Shown one piece after another: positions 16,969-26,302 of a DNA stretch of 64,000 nt. Source of the DNA: an uncultured Desulfobacteraceae bacterium (GTDB lineage: Bacteria; Desulfobacterota; Desulfobacteria; Desulfobacterales; JALSRD01). Position numbers and translations under genes: made by a program. The DNA is taken from the NCBI GenBank assembly GCA_964442705.1, contig CAYUAQ010000005.1, positions 1,102 through 65,101 on the forward strand, written 5' to 3'. The stretch's first letter is position 1, and every line of letters begins with the position of its first letter. The notes below the pieces were generated by a model that did no database searches, was not told the DNA's origin, and saw only the letters and a list, made by a program, of their open reading frames with translations.

Positions 16969-19041
16969 CTATTCTTTTTCCCTGTTGACTTCCTCGATGA
17001 TCTTATCGGCAATTTGAGCGGGAACTTCATCATAATGTGAAAATTCCATGGTAAACATTCCCCGGCCGCCGGTCATCGACCGCAGATCCGGCGCATAGGT
17101 GAGGAATTCCGCCAGGGGCACCTGGGCTTTGATCACCTGGTTTTTGCCTTCGCTGTCCATGCCCATCACACGACCACGCCGGCTGTTGAGGTCTCCCATG
17201 ATATCGCCCATGTATTCATCCGGGGTGATCACGGTAACGTTCATGATCGGTTCCAGCAGCACGGGGTTGGCTTCGGCCACCGCCTTTTTAAAGGCCAGGG
17301 ATCCGGCGATTTTGAAAGCCATTTCCGAAGAGTCGACCGCATGGTAGGAGCCGTCATCGAGGGTGACCTTGAAATCGATGGTGGGAAACCCGGCCAGCAC
17401 CCCCTTCTGGGCGGCTTCGCGGATGCCCTTTTCAACGGCCGGGATGTACGTCTTGGGAATCACGCCCCCCACGATGGCATCCACAAACTCGAAGCCCGCC
17501 CCCCTGGGCAGGGGCTCCATCTGAATCCAGCAGTCACCGTACTGGCCGTGGCCGCCGGTCTGTTTCTTGTGCTTCCCCTGAACACGCACCTTTTTCTTGA
17601 TGGTCTCGCGGTACGGCACCTTGGGAATCGCCAGCTGCACTTCGACGTTGAACTTGCGCTTCAGTTTTTCCACCGTGGCTTCGATGTGCACCTGGCCGCG
17701 ACCGGAAAGCAGAATCTCGCTGGTCTCGGCGTTCCTGTCCAGCTTCAGGCCCGGGTCTTCTTCTATCAGCTTGACCAGAGAAGAATAGACCTTGTCCTCA
17801 TCCCCCTTGGCCTTGGCTGAAACGGCGAAAGAGATCAGTGTGGGCAGGGGATCGGCGCACTTGAAGCGCACCTTGCGGCCATCGTCACACAGGGTATCCC
17901 CGGTGGTGGTTTCCTTGAGCTTGGCCACCGCCACGATACTTCCCGGTACGGCCCCCTTGGCCGGTTTCTGTTCTTTTCCGGCCAGTTCCAGCAGCTGGTT
18001 GAACCGCTCCTTGGTATCCTTGGTGACGTTGTAGAAAGTGCCGTCCGACCCCAGCGTGCCTGAAACCACCCGGAAAATGGAAAGACGGCCGGCATAGGGA
18101 TCGGCAACGGTTTTAAAGACAAAGCCGCTGAAAGGCGCCTCCGGATCGGCTTCGATCTCGATCTCGCTTTCACCCTCGGCGTCCATGGCTTGCCAGCTGC
18201 CCCTTTCCAGAGGAGAGGGCATGCCGTCATTTATAAAATCCATCAACAGGTCGATGCCGATATTGGCGGTGGCTGAACCGCAGAGCACCGGTACGATTTC
18301 CCGCTGTCTGACGGCCTGCTTGAGGGCGCCGATGAGCTCTTCATCGCCCAGGGTTTCTCCCTCCAGATATTTCTCGAGCAGCTCGTCATCGGCCTCGGCG
18401 ATGTTTTCAACCAGTTTTTCCCGTTCCTCCTCCACCTGCTCGGCCATCTCTTCCGGTATGGCAACGGGCGAGGCTTTCCCCTGGTCGTCATATTCGTAGG
18501 CCTGCATGCCGATGAGATCCACCACCCCCCGAAACTTGGCCTCTGCGCCGATGGGCAGTTGCACCATAACCGGTTTGACGGAAAAACAACCGGCGACATC
18601 CTCGAGGGTGCGCATGAAATCCGCCCTTTCACGATCGAGCTTGTTGACGAAAATCAGGCGCGCCTGACTGAATTCATCGGCAAATTCCCATGCCTGTTCG
18701 GTCTGAACCTTGACACCGTCGACGGCATCGATGACTAGGATCACGCTGTCGGCTGCCTGCATGCAGAGTCGCGTGTCGGTAAAAAAATTCTGATCACCGG
18801 GGGTGTCGATCAAACTGATGGTATGTTTCTTCCACGGGAGCTGATGAAAGCTGCTGCTGATACTCGTCTGGCGTTTGAGCTCCTCGGGCTCGAAATCCAT
18901 GGTGGTATTCTGGTCTTCAACCCTTCCCAGACGGTTGATCACACCGCTGTCATACAGCATCGCTTCGGCCAAAGATGTTTTCCCGGCCCCGCCATGGGCA
19001 ACCAGTGCGATAGTTCTCAACCTTTCCACGCTTTCTGTCAT
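16969..19041 (-). CDS. Elongation factor G paralogue (EF-G-2-type)
   Basis: 690-aa ORF. G1 is AHGGAGKTS, G3 is DTPGD (no His), G4 is NKLD. Domain IV/V show KVPYRETI, KKQTGGHGQYGD and VLLEPI. GAGGAG Shine-Dalgarno lies before the ATG. Confidence 0.9.
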   Translation of the reverse strand: MTESVERLRTIALVAHGGAGKTSLAEAMLYDSGVINRLGRVEDQNTTMDFEPEELKRQTSISSSFHQLPWKKHTISLIDTPGDQNFFTDTRLCMQAADSVILVIDAVDGVKVQTEQAWEFADEFSQARLIFVNKLDRERADFMRTLEDVAGCFSVKPVMVQLPIGAEAKFRGVVDLIGMQAYEYDDQGKASPVAIPEEMAEQVEEEREKLVENIAEADDELLEKYLEGETLGDEELIGALKQAVRQREIVPVLCGSATANIGIDLLMDFINDGMPSPLERGSWQAMDAEGESEIEIEADPEAPFSGFVFKTVADPYAGRLSIFRVVSGTLGSDGTFYNVTKDTKERFNQLLELAGKEQKPAKGAVPGSIVAVAKLKETTTGDTLCDDGRKVRFKCADPLPTLISFAVSAKAKGDEDKVYSSLVKLIEEDPGLKLDRNAETSEILLSGRGQVHIEATVEKLKRKFNVEVQLAIPKVPYRETIKKKVRVQGKHKKQTGGHGQYGDCWIQMEPLPRGAGFEFVDAIVGGVIPKTYIPAVEKGIREAAQKGVLAGFPTIDFKVTLDDGSYHAVDSSEMAFKIAGSLAFKKAVAEANPVLLEPIMNVTVITPDEYMGDIMGDLNSRRGRVMGMDSEGKNQVIKAQVPLAEFLTYAPDLRSMTGGRGMFTMEFSHYDEVPAQIADKIIEEVNREKE

Positions 19042-19228
19042 TTACCGCTCCTCTCTGTTGTATTGGTTAACAAACCAAGTGATTTCAAAAAAGTTCCCGG
19101 CGACGTCGGCACCTTATCCTTATCCTTGGGGGCACAATTAAATCTGGGCACCTTATTGGTTTCACAGAAAAAAATCAAGCCCAAAAGGTGACGGTTTTCC
19201 GGCCTCCCCGCCTGGTGCCCATGGGTGG

Positions 19229-20008
19229 CTAGGCAGACACGAGAGGGTCTTCTAGCACCGAATGCATCAGAAATTCACGGTTTCCTTTGGCGCCGGGCAG
19301 GGGGGAGGGGGTCAGCCCCCGAACGCAGAGGCCCAAGTTCTCAAAATACTGCCGCAGCTTGGCGATGACATCGCGATGCACCGCCGGATCTCTTACAATG
19401 CCGCCCTTGCCCACTTTTTCGCGCCCGGCTTCGAATTGGGGTTTCACCAGGGTTATCAAGTCGGCACGGGGCTTCAGGAAAGCCAGCACCGCCGGCACGA
19501 CGATCCTGAGCGAGATGAAGGACACATCGATGGTGGCCAGTTCGATGCCCTCCGGAATGTCGGTTGTCGTGGCGTAGCGGATGTTGCACCGTTCCCGCAG
19601 GATCACGCGCGGATCCTGCCGAAGGTTCCAGGCCAGCTGACCATAGCCCACATCGATGGCATAGACCCGCCGGGCACCCTGCTGCAGCAGGCAGTCGGTG
19701 AATCCGCCGGTGGAAGCCCCCACATCCAGGCAGATCCGTTCCCCGGCATCCACCTGAAACGTTTGCAAGGCAGCCTGCAGTTTCAACCCGCCACGGCTGA
19801 CATAGGGGAGGTCTCCGCCTCTGAGCGTGATCTCGGCGCTGACGGGGATCGGGGTGCCCGGTTTGGTCACCGGGATGTCGTTGACCAGCACCTTGCCGGC
19901 CATGATGAGGGCCTGGGCCCGCCGGCGGCTGGGGGCCAGTTTCAGTTCCACCAGCCGGATGTCCACACGCTTTTTGGGTGGTTTTTTATGACGGGCAGCT
20001 GTTTTCAT
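19229..20008 (-). CDS. tlyA: TlyA-family rRNA 2'-O-methyltransferase (S4 + FtsJ domains)
   Basis: Start taken at MKTAARHKK (ATG20008) inside track ORF 19229-20047. S4-like RLVELKLAPSRRRAQALIMAGKVLVN and SAM motif LDVGASTGGFTDCLLQQGA. Confidence 0.8.
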   Translation of the reverse strand: MKTAARHKKPPKKRVDIRLVELKLAPSRRRAQALIMAGKVLVNDIPVTKPGTPIPVSAEITLRGGDLPYVSRGGLKLQAALQTFQVDAGERICLDVGASTGGFTDCLLQQGARRVYAIDVGYGQLAWNLRQDPRVILRERCNIRYATTTDIPEGIELATIDVSFISLRIVVPAVLAFLKPRADLITLVKPQFEAGREKVGKGGIVRDPAVHRDVIAKLRQYFENLGLCVRGLTPSPLPGAKGNREFLMHSVLEDPLVSA

Positions 20009-20098
20009 CGGAAACTGCCGTCCGGCATCAGGGTGGCTACAGGCCATAGACAGGCCGGATCGGCAAGGCAGGGCAGGGGAGCAGTGCAGAAGTGCTCT

Positions 20099-21985
20099 TC
20101 AACCGCTTCCGGCAACCAGTTCTCTGCCGGCTTTGACTATCCCGTCGGCATCGATGCCGTACTTGGCCCGTAAAATTTTCTGGGGGCCGTGCTCCACAAA
20201 AGTATCGGGAACACCGATGATGCGCAGGCCGCCGGCAGCAATCCCGGCTTCGGCCAGACATTCCAGGACGGCACTGCCGAAGCCCCCCTGTCGGACGTTT
20301 TCTTCGACGGTGATCACGTTGCCGATCCTCCCCGCCAGGGAACATATCAGCCCACGATCCAGTGGTTTGACAAACCGGCTGTTGACGACAGTGGCGGCAA
20401 TACCCACGGCTTTGAGGCTTTCGGCGGCGACCAGCGCGTCTTGAACCAGATGTCCGATGGCCAGAATCAGTACATCGTCTCCCTCGGTCAGTACCTCGGC
20501 TTTACCGATGGTCAACAGGGGGATGTCGCCGCTTTCCAGGGGCTCCCTGCCAAGGGCTTCCCCACGTGGATAGCGCAGTGCGATGGGGCCGTCATGTTCG
20601 ATGGCCGTGATCAGCATGCGCTGCAGCTCGTACCCGTCTTTGGGGGCCATCACCACCATGTTGGGAAGGCTTCTCAAATAGCTCAGGTCGAACACGCCGT
20701 GGTGAGTGGGACCGTCATTTCCGACAATGCCGCCACGATCAATGGCAAAGACGACCGCGTGCGCGTCAATGCAGACATCGTGAACGATCTGGTCATAGGC
20801 CCGCTGCAGGAAGGTGGAGTAAATGGCCACCACCGGCTTGAGCCCCTCGGTGGCCATGCCGGCGGCAAAGGTAACTCCGTGCTGTTCGGCGATACCGACA
20901 TCGAACAAACGATCCGGGAACAACTGGCCAAACCGGGTCAGGCCGGTGCCCTCGGGCATGGCGGCCGTAATGGCGACGATGCGCCGATCGTTTTGCGCCA
21001 GCGTCACCATGGTGTCTCCAAAAATCTGCGTGTAGCTCGGTGTCGGTTTTTTGATGTCCAGGCAGCTGCCCGTTTCCACGTCAAAAGAACCGCAGCCATG
21101 GAAATAGACCGGATTGTCTTCGGCCGGCCTATAGCCCTTGCCCTTCTTGGTGCTGACGTGCAGAAGGACGGGTTCGTGCATGTCCTTGATGTTTTCAAGG
21201 ATGTCGATGAGGTGCTCCAGGTTGTGTCCGTTGATGGGTCCGAAGTATTCAAACCCGAAAGCCTCGAAGAGCATACCAGGCGTGACAAAGGTCTTAAAGG
21301 ATTCTTCGGTGCGCTTCATCAGCTGGTAAATGTCGTCCCCGATTCTGGGCAGCGATTTGATGAATTCCCCGAAGTCGCGCCTCAAATCCTGGAGTCGGCG
21401 CGCTGAAAAGGTGCGGCTCAGAAAGGAGGAGAGGGCGCCCACATTTCGGGAGATGGACATGTCGTTGTCGTTGAGAATGACAATCAGATCCTTGTGAATA
21501 TCGCCTGCCTGGTTGAGGCCTTCATAAGATATCCCGGCCGTCAAGGATCCGTCTCCGATGACGGCAATCACCTTGGCGGGGTCCTGTCGGAGTCGTTTGG
21601 CGCAGGCGATTCCCAGTCCAGCGGAAAGGGAGGTGCTGCTGTGCCCGGTGGAAAAGGCATCATGGGGGCTTTCGGAAATGCGCGTAAATCCCGAAATGCC
21701 CTCGTACTGTCGCAGGGTGTGGAAAACCTGCCTGCGGCCAGTGAGCATTTTATGGGCATAGGCCTGATGACCAACGTCCCATATGATTTTATCGTCCGGT
21801 GTGTGGAAAACATAGTGCAGGGCAATGCCCAGTTCAACGGCACCCAGGCTGGAAGCCAAATGGCCGCCGGTCTTGGAAACCACCTCGACAATGGCGGAGC
21901 GAATCTCTTCGGCCAGGGCCGTGAGGTCTTCCCGGTTCAGTTTTTTTAAATCGTCTGGAGAGTCGATATGCTCGAGAAATGTCAA
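20099..21985 (-). CDS. dxs: 1-deoxy-D-xylulose-5-phosphate synthase
   Basis: 628-aa ORF with [18 protein letters not shown], the TPP motif [19 protein letters not shown] and transketolase-like C-terminal domains. TTG start, with AAGGTG Shine-Dalgarno 5 nt upstream. Confidence 0.95.
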   Translation of the reverse strand: MTFLEHIDSPDDLKKLNREDLTALAEEIRSAIVEVVSKTGGHLASSLGAVELGIALHYVFHTPDDKIIWDVGHQAYAHKMLTGRRQVFHTLRQYEGISGFTRISESPHDAFSTGHSSTSLSAGLGIACAKRLRQDPAKVIAVIGDGSLTAGISYEGLNQAGDIHKDLIVILNDNDMSISRNVGALSSFLSRTFSARRLQDLRRDFGEFIKSLPRIGDDIYQLMKRTEESFKTFVTPGMLFEAFGFEYFGPINGHNLEHLIDILENIKDMHEPVLLHVSTKKGKGYRPAEDNPVYFHGCGSFDVETGSCLDIKKPTPSYTQIFGDTMVTLAQNDRRIVAITAAMPEGTGLTRFGQLFPDRLFDVGIAEQHGVTFAAGMATEGLKPVVAIYSTFLQRAYDQIVHDVCIDAHAVVFAIDRGGIVGNDGPTHHGVFDLSYLRSLPNMVVMAPKDGYELQRMLITAIEHDGPIALRYPRGEALGREPLESGDIPLLTIGKAEVLTEGDDVLILAIGHLVQDALVAAESLKAVGIAATVVNSRFVKPLDRGLICSLAGRIGNVITVEENVRQGGFGSAVLECLAEAGIAAGGLRIIGVPDTFVEHGPQKILRAKYGIDADGIVKAGRELVAGSG

Positions 21986-22013
21986 TTTGGCACCTTATTC
22001 TGGAAAACCACTC

Positions 22014-22059
22014 AAAAAACCGGAAAGATTCGGGCAACCAGTGCCAATGGTTTCCGGTT
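22014..22059 (-). promoter_or_regulatory. Hairpin plus U-tract between xseB and dxs (leaky terminator or attenuator)
   Basis: On the minus strand AACCGGAAA (22059-22051) pairs with TTTCCGGTT (22026-22018). An inner GGCA/TGCC pairing is possible. TTTT follows (22017-22014). The element ends about 17 nt before the dxs Shine-Dalgarno. Confidence 0.4.
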
Positions 22060-22081
22060 GACGGTTTTTGGGTTGACGGTT
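22056..22081. repeat. Direct repeat GGTTGACGGTT x2 (15-nt period) in the xseB-dxs spacer
   Basis: GGTTGACGGTT at 22056-22066 and 22071-22081, separated by TTTG. Confidence 0.6.
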
Positions 22082-22158
22082 ACGGAATCATCACATTCAA
22101 AGCAGTTAACAAAACCCCATGCGGCTTGCAAGGATTTATTGGCGGGCCGGACAGCACC

Positions 22159-22389
22159 CTAGCCTTCTGTTTTTTCAAAAGGAACTTCCTGAAGCCGGCC
22201 ATCGGCCTCTTTGAGCAGGAGGCTGATTTTCTTTTCGGTTTCGTTCAGCATTTTACGGCAGTAGGCTGACAGTTTGACGCCCTCTTCGAACTTTTTGACC
22301 GCGCGTTCCAGTGGCAGGTCTCCGTTTTCGAGCTCATCGACAATTTTTTCTAGTTTATTCAACGCTTTTTCAAATGGTTGTCCACTCAT
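22159..22389 (-). CDS. xseB: Exodeoxyribonuclease VII small subunit
   Basis: 76-aa ORF, FEKALNKLEKIVDELENGDLPLERAVKKFEEG. It overlaps the xseA stop by 4 nt. Confidence 0.88.
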   Translation of the reverse strand: MSGQPFEKALNKLEKIVDELENGDLPLERAVKKFEEGVKLSAYCRKMLNETEKKISLLLKEADGRLQEVPFEKTEG

Positions 22390-23780
22390 TTATCATAATT
22401 TCCTTTATCTTTAACCGATTCCCAGAAAGCTTTCTGGCCCAGTTCCCGCCGGATGGTTTTGACGGCAAGGGCCCCTCTGGCAAGCACGACTTCAACCTCT
22501 TGGCCCACATGGACCGCCCGGGCCGAAGTGATGATCTTTCCGCTCTCAGGCTCTCGCGTGATGCTGTAGCCACGCTTCAGAATGGCCTCGGGATTCAATG
22601 CCCCCAGTTTGGACGTCAGTTCCTGCACCCGGGCCCTCAGCCGTTCCAGGATCGACTGAATACTCACCCTGGCCTGCAGGTCTATATTTTCAAGTTTTAC
22701 CTTATTATTTATAATTTTATCTGCTGGATTTATAGATGATATGCTTTGTTGTATAATTTCCACTTGATACCGTTTTATCGCCATCTGGCCAAGCAGCGCA
22801 CGCCGCAGGCGGTTGTCGAATTCGTCAATTTGCCTTTGCCGCCGCACCAGTTCTGCCCGTGGATCGACGAGGCCTTTTTGGATGTGCGCCAGCATTCTGC
22901 GGGCGTCATCGATGCAGCGCCGCAAGGCGTTGACGAGCCTGTCGGTCATCTCATCGCACCGCATCACCAGATCCTCCTTCAAAGGCACGACGATTTCAGC
23001 GGCCGCCGAAGGGGTCGGAGCACGCACGTCGGCCGCCATGTCGGCAATGGTATGATCGGTCTCATGGCCCACGGCGGATACGATCGGTATGCGGCTCGCA
23101 GCGATGGCGCGTGCCACGATTTCGGTGTTGAACGGCCAGAGGTCTTCCAGGGAGCCTCCGCCCCGGGCCAGAATGATGACGTCGGACTTTTCGCGCTGAT
23201 TTACCTGTTCCAGAGCCTCGGCGATCTCTGCGGCGGCCTCGTCGCCCTGCACCTTGACCGGCACGATGTCGATAATCAGATCCGGGTAGCGTCGATCAAG
23301 CACCTGCAGTATGTCGAAAAGCACCGAGCCGGTGGGGGATGTTACCAGGCAAATGCGGGCCGGCAGAAACGGCAGCGGCTTTTTGCGGCTCTCATCAAAC
23401 AGCCCCTCCTGCAACAGCTTTTCCCTGAGCTGCTCAAAGGCTATCTGAAGGGCGCCAACGCCCTCAGGTTCCAGGTGTTCAATGATGATCTGGTATTCTC
23501 CCCGCGGCGCGTAGAGCGACAGGCGGCCCAGTCCCAGAATGCGCATGCCGTCTTGGGGGTCGAATTTGAGCAAGCGGTTCTGGGATCTGAACATGACAGC
23601 GCGTATGAGGGCCTTTTCATCCTTGAGGGCGAAATAAAAATGACCCGAGGCCGGTATGCGCAAGTTGGATATCTCGGCCCGGATCCAGACAAAGGGATAG
23701 TGTTTTTCGAGAAGCGCCTTTATTGCCAGCGTCAACTCGGTCACCGTATAGATGTGTCCGGGTGGTTGCGTCTCGATCAC
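22386..23780 (-). CDS. xseA: Exodeoxyribonuclease VII large subunit
   Basis: 464-aa ORF with an N-terminal OB fold (YTVTELTLAIKALLE..VWIRAEISN), a catalytic region (ARGGGSLEDLWPFN, VSAVGHETD) and a long coiled coil. GTG start. Confidence 0.9.
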   Translation of the reverse strand: MIETQPPGHIYTVTELTLAIKALLEKHYPFVWIRAEISNLRIPASGHFYFALKDEKALIRAVMFRSQNRLLKFDPQDGMRILGLGRLSLYAPRGEYQIIIEHLEPEGVGALQIAFEQLREKLLQEGLFDESRKKPLPFLPARICLVTSPTGSVLFDILQVLDRRYPDLIIDIVPVKVQGDEAAAEIAEALEQVNQREKSDVIILARGGGSLEDLWPFNTEIVARAIAASRIPIVSAVGHETDHTIADMAADVRAPTPSAAAEIVVPLKEDLVMRCDEMTDRLVNALRRCIDDARRMLAHIQKGLVDPRAELVRRQRQIDEFDNRLRRALLGQMAIKRYQVEIIQQSISSINPADKIINNKVKLENIDLQARVSIQSILERLRARVQELTSKLGALNPEAILKRGYSITREPESGKIITSARAVHVGQEVEVVLARGALAVKTIRRELGQKAFWESVKDKGNYDK

Positions 23781-23830
23781 GGTTCCCGCCTTACATCTCG
23801 TAAGGTCTGATAATGTATATTATGTAAACT

Positions 23831-24133
23831 TTAAGTTCTGGCGGCGGCGGTGTGCTCTCCGGGACGAAAACGCGCCAGGTATTCGCGCACGGCCGGCAGC
23901 ACGAACACCTGGTCAAGGGCCATTTTCGCCAGGCACTCCCCCAGCGCCTCGTTCTTTCGCCGCACCGGCAGATGTCTGTCCACCAGGAACATGCGCTTTC
24001 CCCGCACGACGCACAGACCGCTGCGGGCGCTGGTGCCGGTACTTCTGAAATTCTGCTCCGAAACCGTGATGTCCAGTTTCTCGGCCAGATCCTTCAGAAG
24101 CGCATACAAAGACTCCTGCTTCATCATATCCAT
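23831..24133 (-). CDS. Small hypothetical protein
   Basis: Start taken at MDMMKQESLY inside track ORF 23831-24226, because the longer version would run into the divergent BI-1 gene start. No recognisable motif. Confidence 0.4.
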   Translation of the reverse strand: MDMMKQESLYALLKDLAEKLDITVSEQNFRSTGTSARSGLCVVRGKRMFLVDRHLPVRRKNEALGECLAKMALDQVFVLPAVREYLARFRPGEHTAAART

Positions 24134-24201
24134 CACAGAACACCTTGAAATCAACCGCAGCTGTGTTATATTGATAACACTAAACCAAACAGGAGGCAAA
24201 T

Positions 24202-24909
24202 ATGGATAGCGTACCACTGAGGACAACTACCGCTGACGTTCAGGTTCGGGTCAACAGTTTCGTCCGCAGCGTATACAATTGGATGGGCATGGGGTTGGCG
24301 CTGACCGGACTGATCGCCTATTACATCGCCGGCAGCGAAGCGGCCATCCGCTTCATTTTCGGCAACCAGATGGTCTTTTTCGGCCTGATCATCGGTGAGC
24401 TGGCCCTGGTCTTTTATCTGAGCGCCAGAATACAGAAAATACAGGCATCCACCGCCACGGCGCTGTTCCTTCTGTATTCGGCACTGAACGGCGCAACGCT
24501 TTCTTTTGTCTTTATCGCCTACACCAAGAGCTCGGTGGCATCCACCTTCTTCATCTGCGCCGCCACTTTCGTGGCCTGCAGCCTGTTCGGATGGATGACC
24601 AAGCGTGACCTTACCTCGCTGGGCGGATTCATGTTCATGGGGCTGATCGGCATCATCATCGCGTCGGTGGTCAACATGTTCATCAAGAGCAGCGGCATGA
24701 GCATGATCATCTCTTACATCGGCGTGCTGGTATTCGTGGGGTTGACCGCCTACGACACCCAGAAAATAAAATCCATGGCTCTGAGCCAACCGGCCGGCCT
24801 GGATGCGGCGGTGGTCCGAAAGGGTGCCATCATCGGTGCCCTGGCACTGTATCTGGATTTCATCAACCTGTTCCTGATGTTGCTCAGGATTTTGGGTAAC
24901 CGCGAATAA
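24202..24909 (+). CDS. Bax-inhibitor-1/YccA family membrane protein
   Basis: 235-aa ORF with seven hydrophobic segments. The N-terminal FVRSVYNWMGMGLALTG and C-terminal LALYLDFINLFLMLLRILG are typical of the BI-1/YccA family. Confidence 0.85.
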   Translation: MDSVPLRTTTADVQVRVNSFVRSVYNWMGMGLALTGLIAYYIAGSEAAIRFIFGNQMVFFGLIIGELALVFYLSARIQKIQASTATALFLLYSALNGATLSFVFIAYTKSSVASTFFICAATFVACSLFGWMTKRDLTSLGGFMFMGLIGIIIASVVNMFIKSSGMSMIISYIGVLVFVGLTAYDTQKIKSMALSQPAGLDAAVVRKGAIIGALALYLDFINLFLMLLRILGNRE

Positions 24910-24920
24910 CAGTCTGAAGT

Positions 24921-24959
24921 AAAAAAAGGCTCCCCCAAGCTCAGGGGGAGCCTTTTTTT
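24921..24959. terminator. Bidirectional rho-independent terminator between the BI-1 gene and glmM
   Basis: A7 (24921-24927), stem GGCTCCCCC (24928-24936), loop AAGCTCA, stem GGGGGAGCC (24944-24952), T7 (24953-24959). The glmM stop codon lies in the loop. Confidence 0.8.
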
Positions 24960-26302
24960 GCCCCGATTTGCGCTTCGATGACCCCGGCAATGCGCTGGCA
25001 ATATCGTCGCGTCTGCGCTTCCGTAGGACCTTCCACCATTACCCGGCACTGGGGCTGCGTGCCGGAATAACGCACCAGCACGCGTCCTGATGCCCCCAGT
25101 TCGTTTTCAACCGTTTTTATGGCTGTCTGCACGGCATCCAGAGAAGAAAGCGGCGGTTTGCCGCCAACATCCACGTTAATCAGGACCTGCGGAAAACGTT
25201 TCATCACCCGAGCCAGCTCCGAAAGCCGGCGGCCGGACGTTTGCATGGCCTCAAGAACTTTGAGTGCGGTCAGCATGCCGTCGCCGGTGGTATGATGGTC
25301 CAGAAAAATCGTGTGCCCCGAATCTTCGCCTCCCAGAACCGCCCCGCACTGCCGCATCTTCTGCATGACAAACCGATCGCCCACGTCGCAGGTTTCATGA
25401 CGGATACCCATGTTTTTCAAGGCTGCCGACAGTCCCAGGTTGCTCATGATGGTGCTGACCACGATGTTGTTTCCGAGTCGGCTCGCATCCTTTAAAAAGC
25501 CGGCACAGATGGCCAGCACCTGATCGCCGGTCAACACCTGTCCGGTTTCATCCACGGCAATGAGACGGTCACCGTCACCGTCGAAGGCGAAGCCAACCCG
25601 GGCACCGTGAGCTACTACCGCCCGGCAGAGATTTTCGGGATGCTCTGATCCGCAGCCATCATTGATGTTCACGCCGTTGGGTCGATGACACAGGCAGTGT
25701 ACCTCGGCCCCCAGATCGGCGAACAGCGACGGCGCGATTCCAGAGGTGGCACCATTGGCGCAGTCCAGCACCAGACATACGCCCTCCAGACAGGGTTTTT
25801 CCGTAAGCTGCCGGGACAGAAAGGCGCGGTACAGATCGGCGGCATTTTCCAAATGGCGTATCCTGCCCGTATGATCGGGCTCCCCGGGTTCCGGACAGGT
25901 TTCCGGCCGGCGCACCAGTTCCTCGATGCGCTGCTCTTCTTCTACGGCGAGCTTGTAACCCCTGCCGTCGAAAACCTTGATGCCGTTGTCATAAAAAGGA
26001 TTGTGGGAAGCCGATATCATCACACCGGCACCCGCATCCGTGGTACGGCTCAGATAGGAAACGGCCGGTGTGGGAATTACCCCGCATTTGGTGACGTTCA
26101 CCCCGGCCGAACAGATGCCGGCGCACAGGGCGTTTTCCAGCATGCCACCTGAAAGGCGCGTGTCCCTTCCGACCACGACGGCCCTTTCACGGGACCCGAA
26201 CAGGCAGCCCACGGCCCGCCCGACTGAAAGGGCCACTTCGACGGTCACGGGGTGTCGATTGGCCCGACCCCGGATGCCGTCGGTTCCAAAAAGCTCACCC
26301 AT
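24941..26302 (-). CDS. glmM: Phosphoglucosamine mutase
   Basis: Start taken at MGELFGTDGIRG (ATG26302, with GGAGG 5 nt upstream) inside track ORF 24941-26317. Active-site SASHNP is present, with the metal loop DGDGDR and sugar loop GGEDSGH. Confidence 0.93.
   Translation of the reverse strand: MGELFGTDGIRGRANRHPVTVEVALSVGRAVGCLFGSRERAVVVGRDTRLSGGMLENALCAGICSAGVNVTKCGVIPTPAVSYLSRTTDAGAGVMISASHNPFYDNGIKVFDGRGYKLAVEEEQRIEELVRRPETCPEPGEPDHTGRIRHLENAADLYRAFLSRQLTEKPCLEGVCLVLDCANGATSGIAPSLFADLGAEVHCLCHRPNGVNINDGCGSEHPENLCRAVVAHGARVGFAFDGDGDRLIAVDETGQVLTGDQVLAICAGFLKDASRLGNNIVVSTIMSNLGLSAALKNMGIRHETCDVGDRFVMQKMRQCGAVLGGEDSGHTIFLDHHTTGDGMLTALKVLEAMQTSGRRLSELARVMKRFPQVLINVDVGGKPPLSSLDAVQTAIKTVENELGASGRVLVRYSGTQPQCRVMVEGPTEAQTRRYCQRIAGVIEAQIGAKKGSP

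Noticed and set aside
15224-17017. 597-aa plus-strand ORF antisense to the Hsp70 gene. Similar long antisense ORFs lie at 10392-11489, 33594-34655, 37838-39088, 51512-52825 and 62263-63390
   Set aside because: All lie opposite ORFs with unmistakable family motifs and have Arg/Gly/His/Val-rich, motif-free translations. I treat them as frame shadows rather than overlapping genes.
19111-19160. Recurring GGCACCTTAT on the plus strand (near 19109 and 19146, and again at 21989 before dxs), first suspected to be a repeat element or plus-strand -24 box
   Set aside because: On the coding (minus) strand it reads ATAAGGTGCC, a Shine-Dalgarno-type AAGGTG context. At dxs it is simply the ribosome-binding site. 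The EF-G-2 leader copies are covered in the uORF finding.
22033-22047. Sigma-54-like TTGGCAC..TTGCC on the minus strand upstream of dxs
   Set aside because: The GG-to-GC spacing is 8 nt instead of the required 10 nt. The segment is also the inner part of the hairpin described at 22014-22059. A similar TGGTGC..TTGCC at about 7789-7802 has the same wrong spacing.
22681-22775. Sharp AT-rich tract inside xseA containing a plus-strand TTGTTGTATAAT (extended -10-like, TATAAT at 22752-22757)
   Set aside because: It stays in frame and encodes the Asn/Ile/Lys-rich part of the XseA coiled-coil linker (..SISSINPADKIINNKVKLENIDL..). There is no plus-strand gene downstream for an antisense promoter to serve. 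This looks like local codon composition, not an insertion.
23786-23815. Hairpin CCTTAC-N5-GTAAGG and near-palindrome ATAATGTATATTAT just upstream of the xseA GTG start
   Set aside because: The elements are short and have no flanking U-tract. I cannot tell an operator from chance in a 50-nt AT-rich spacer. Noted but not reported as a feature.
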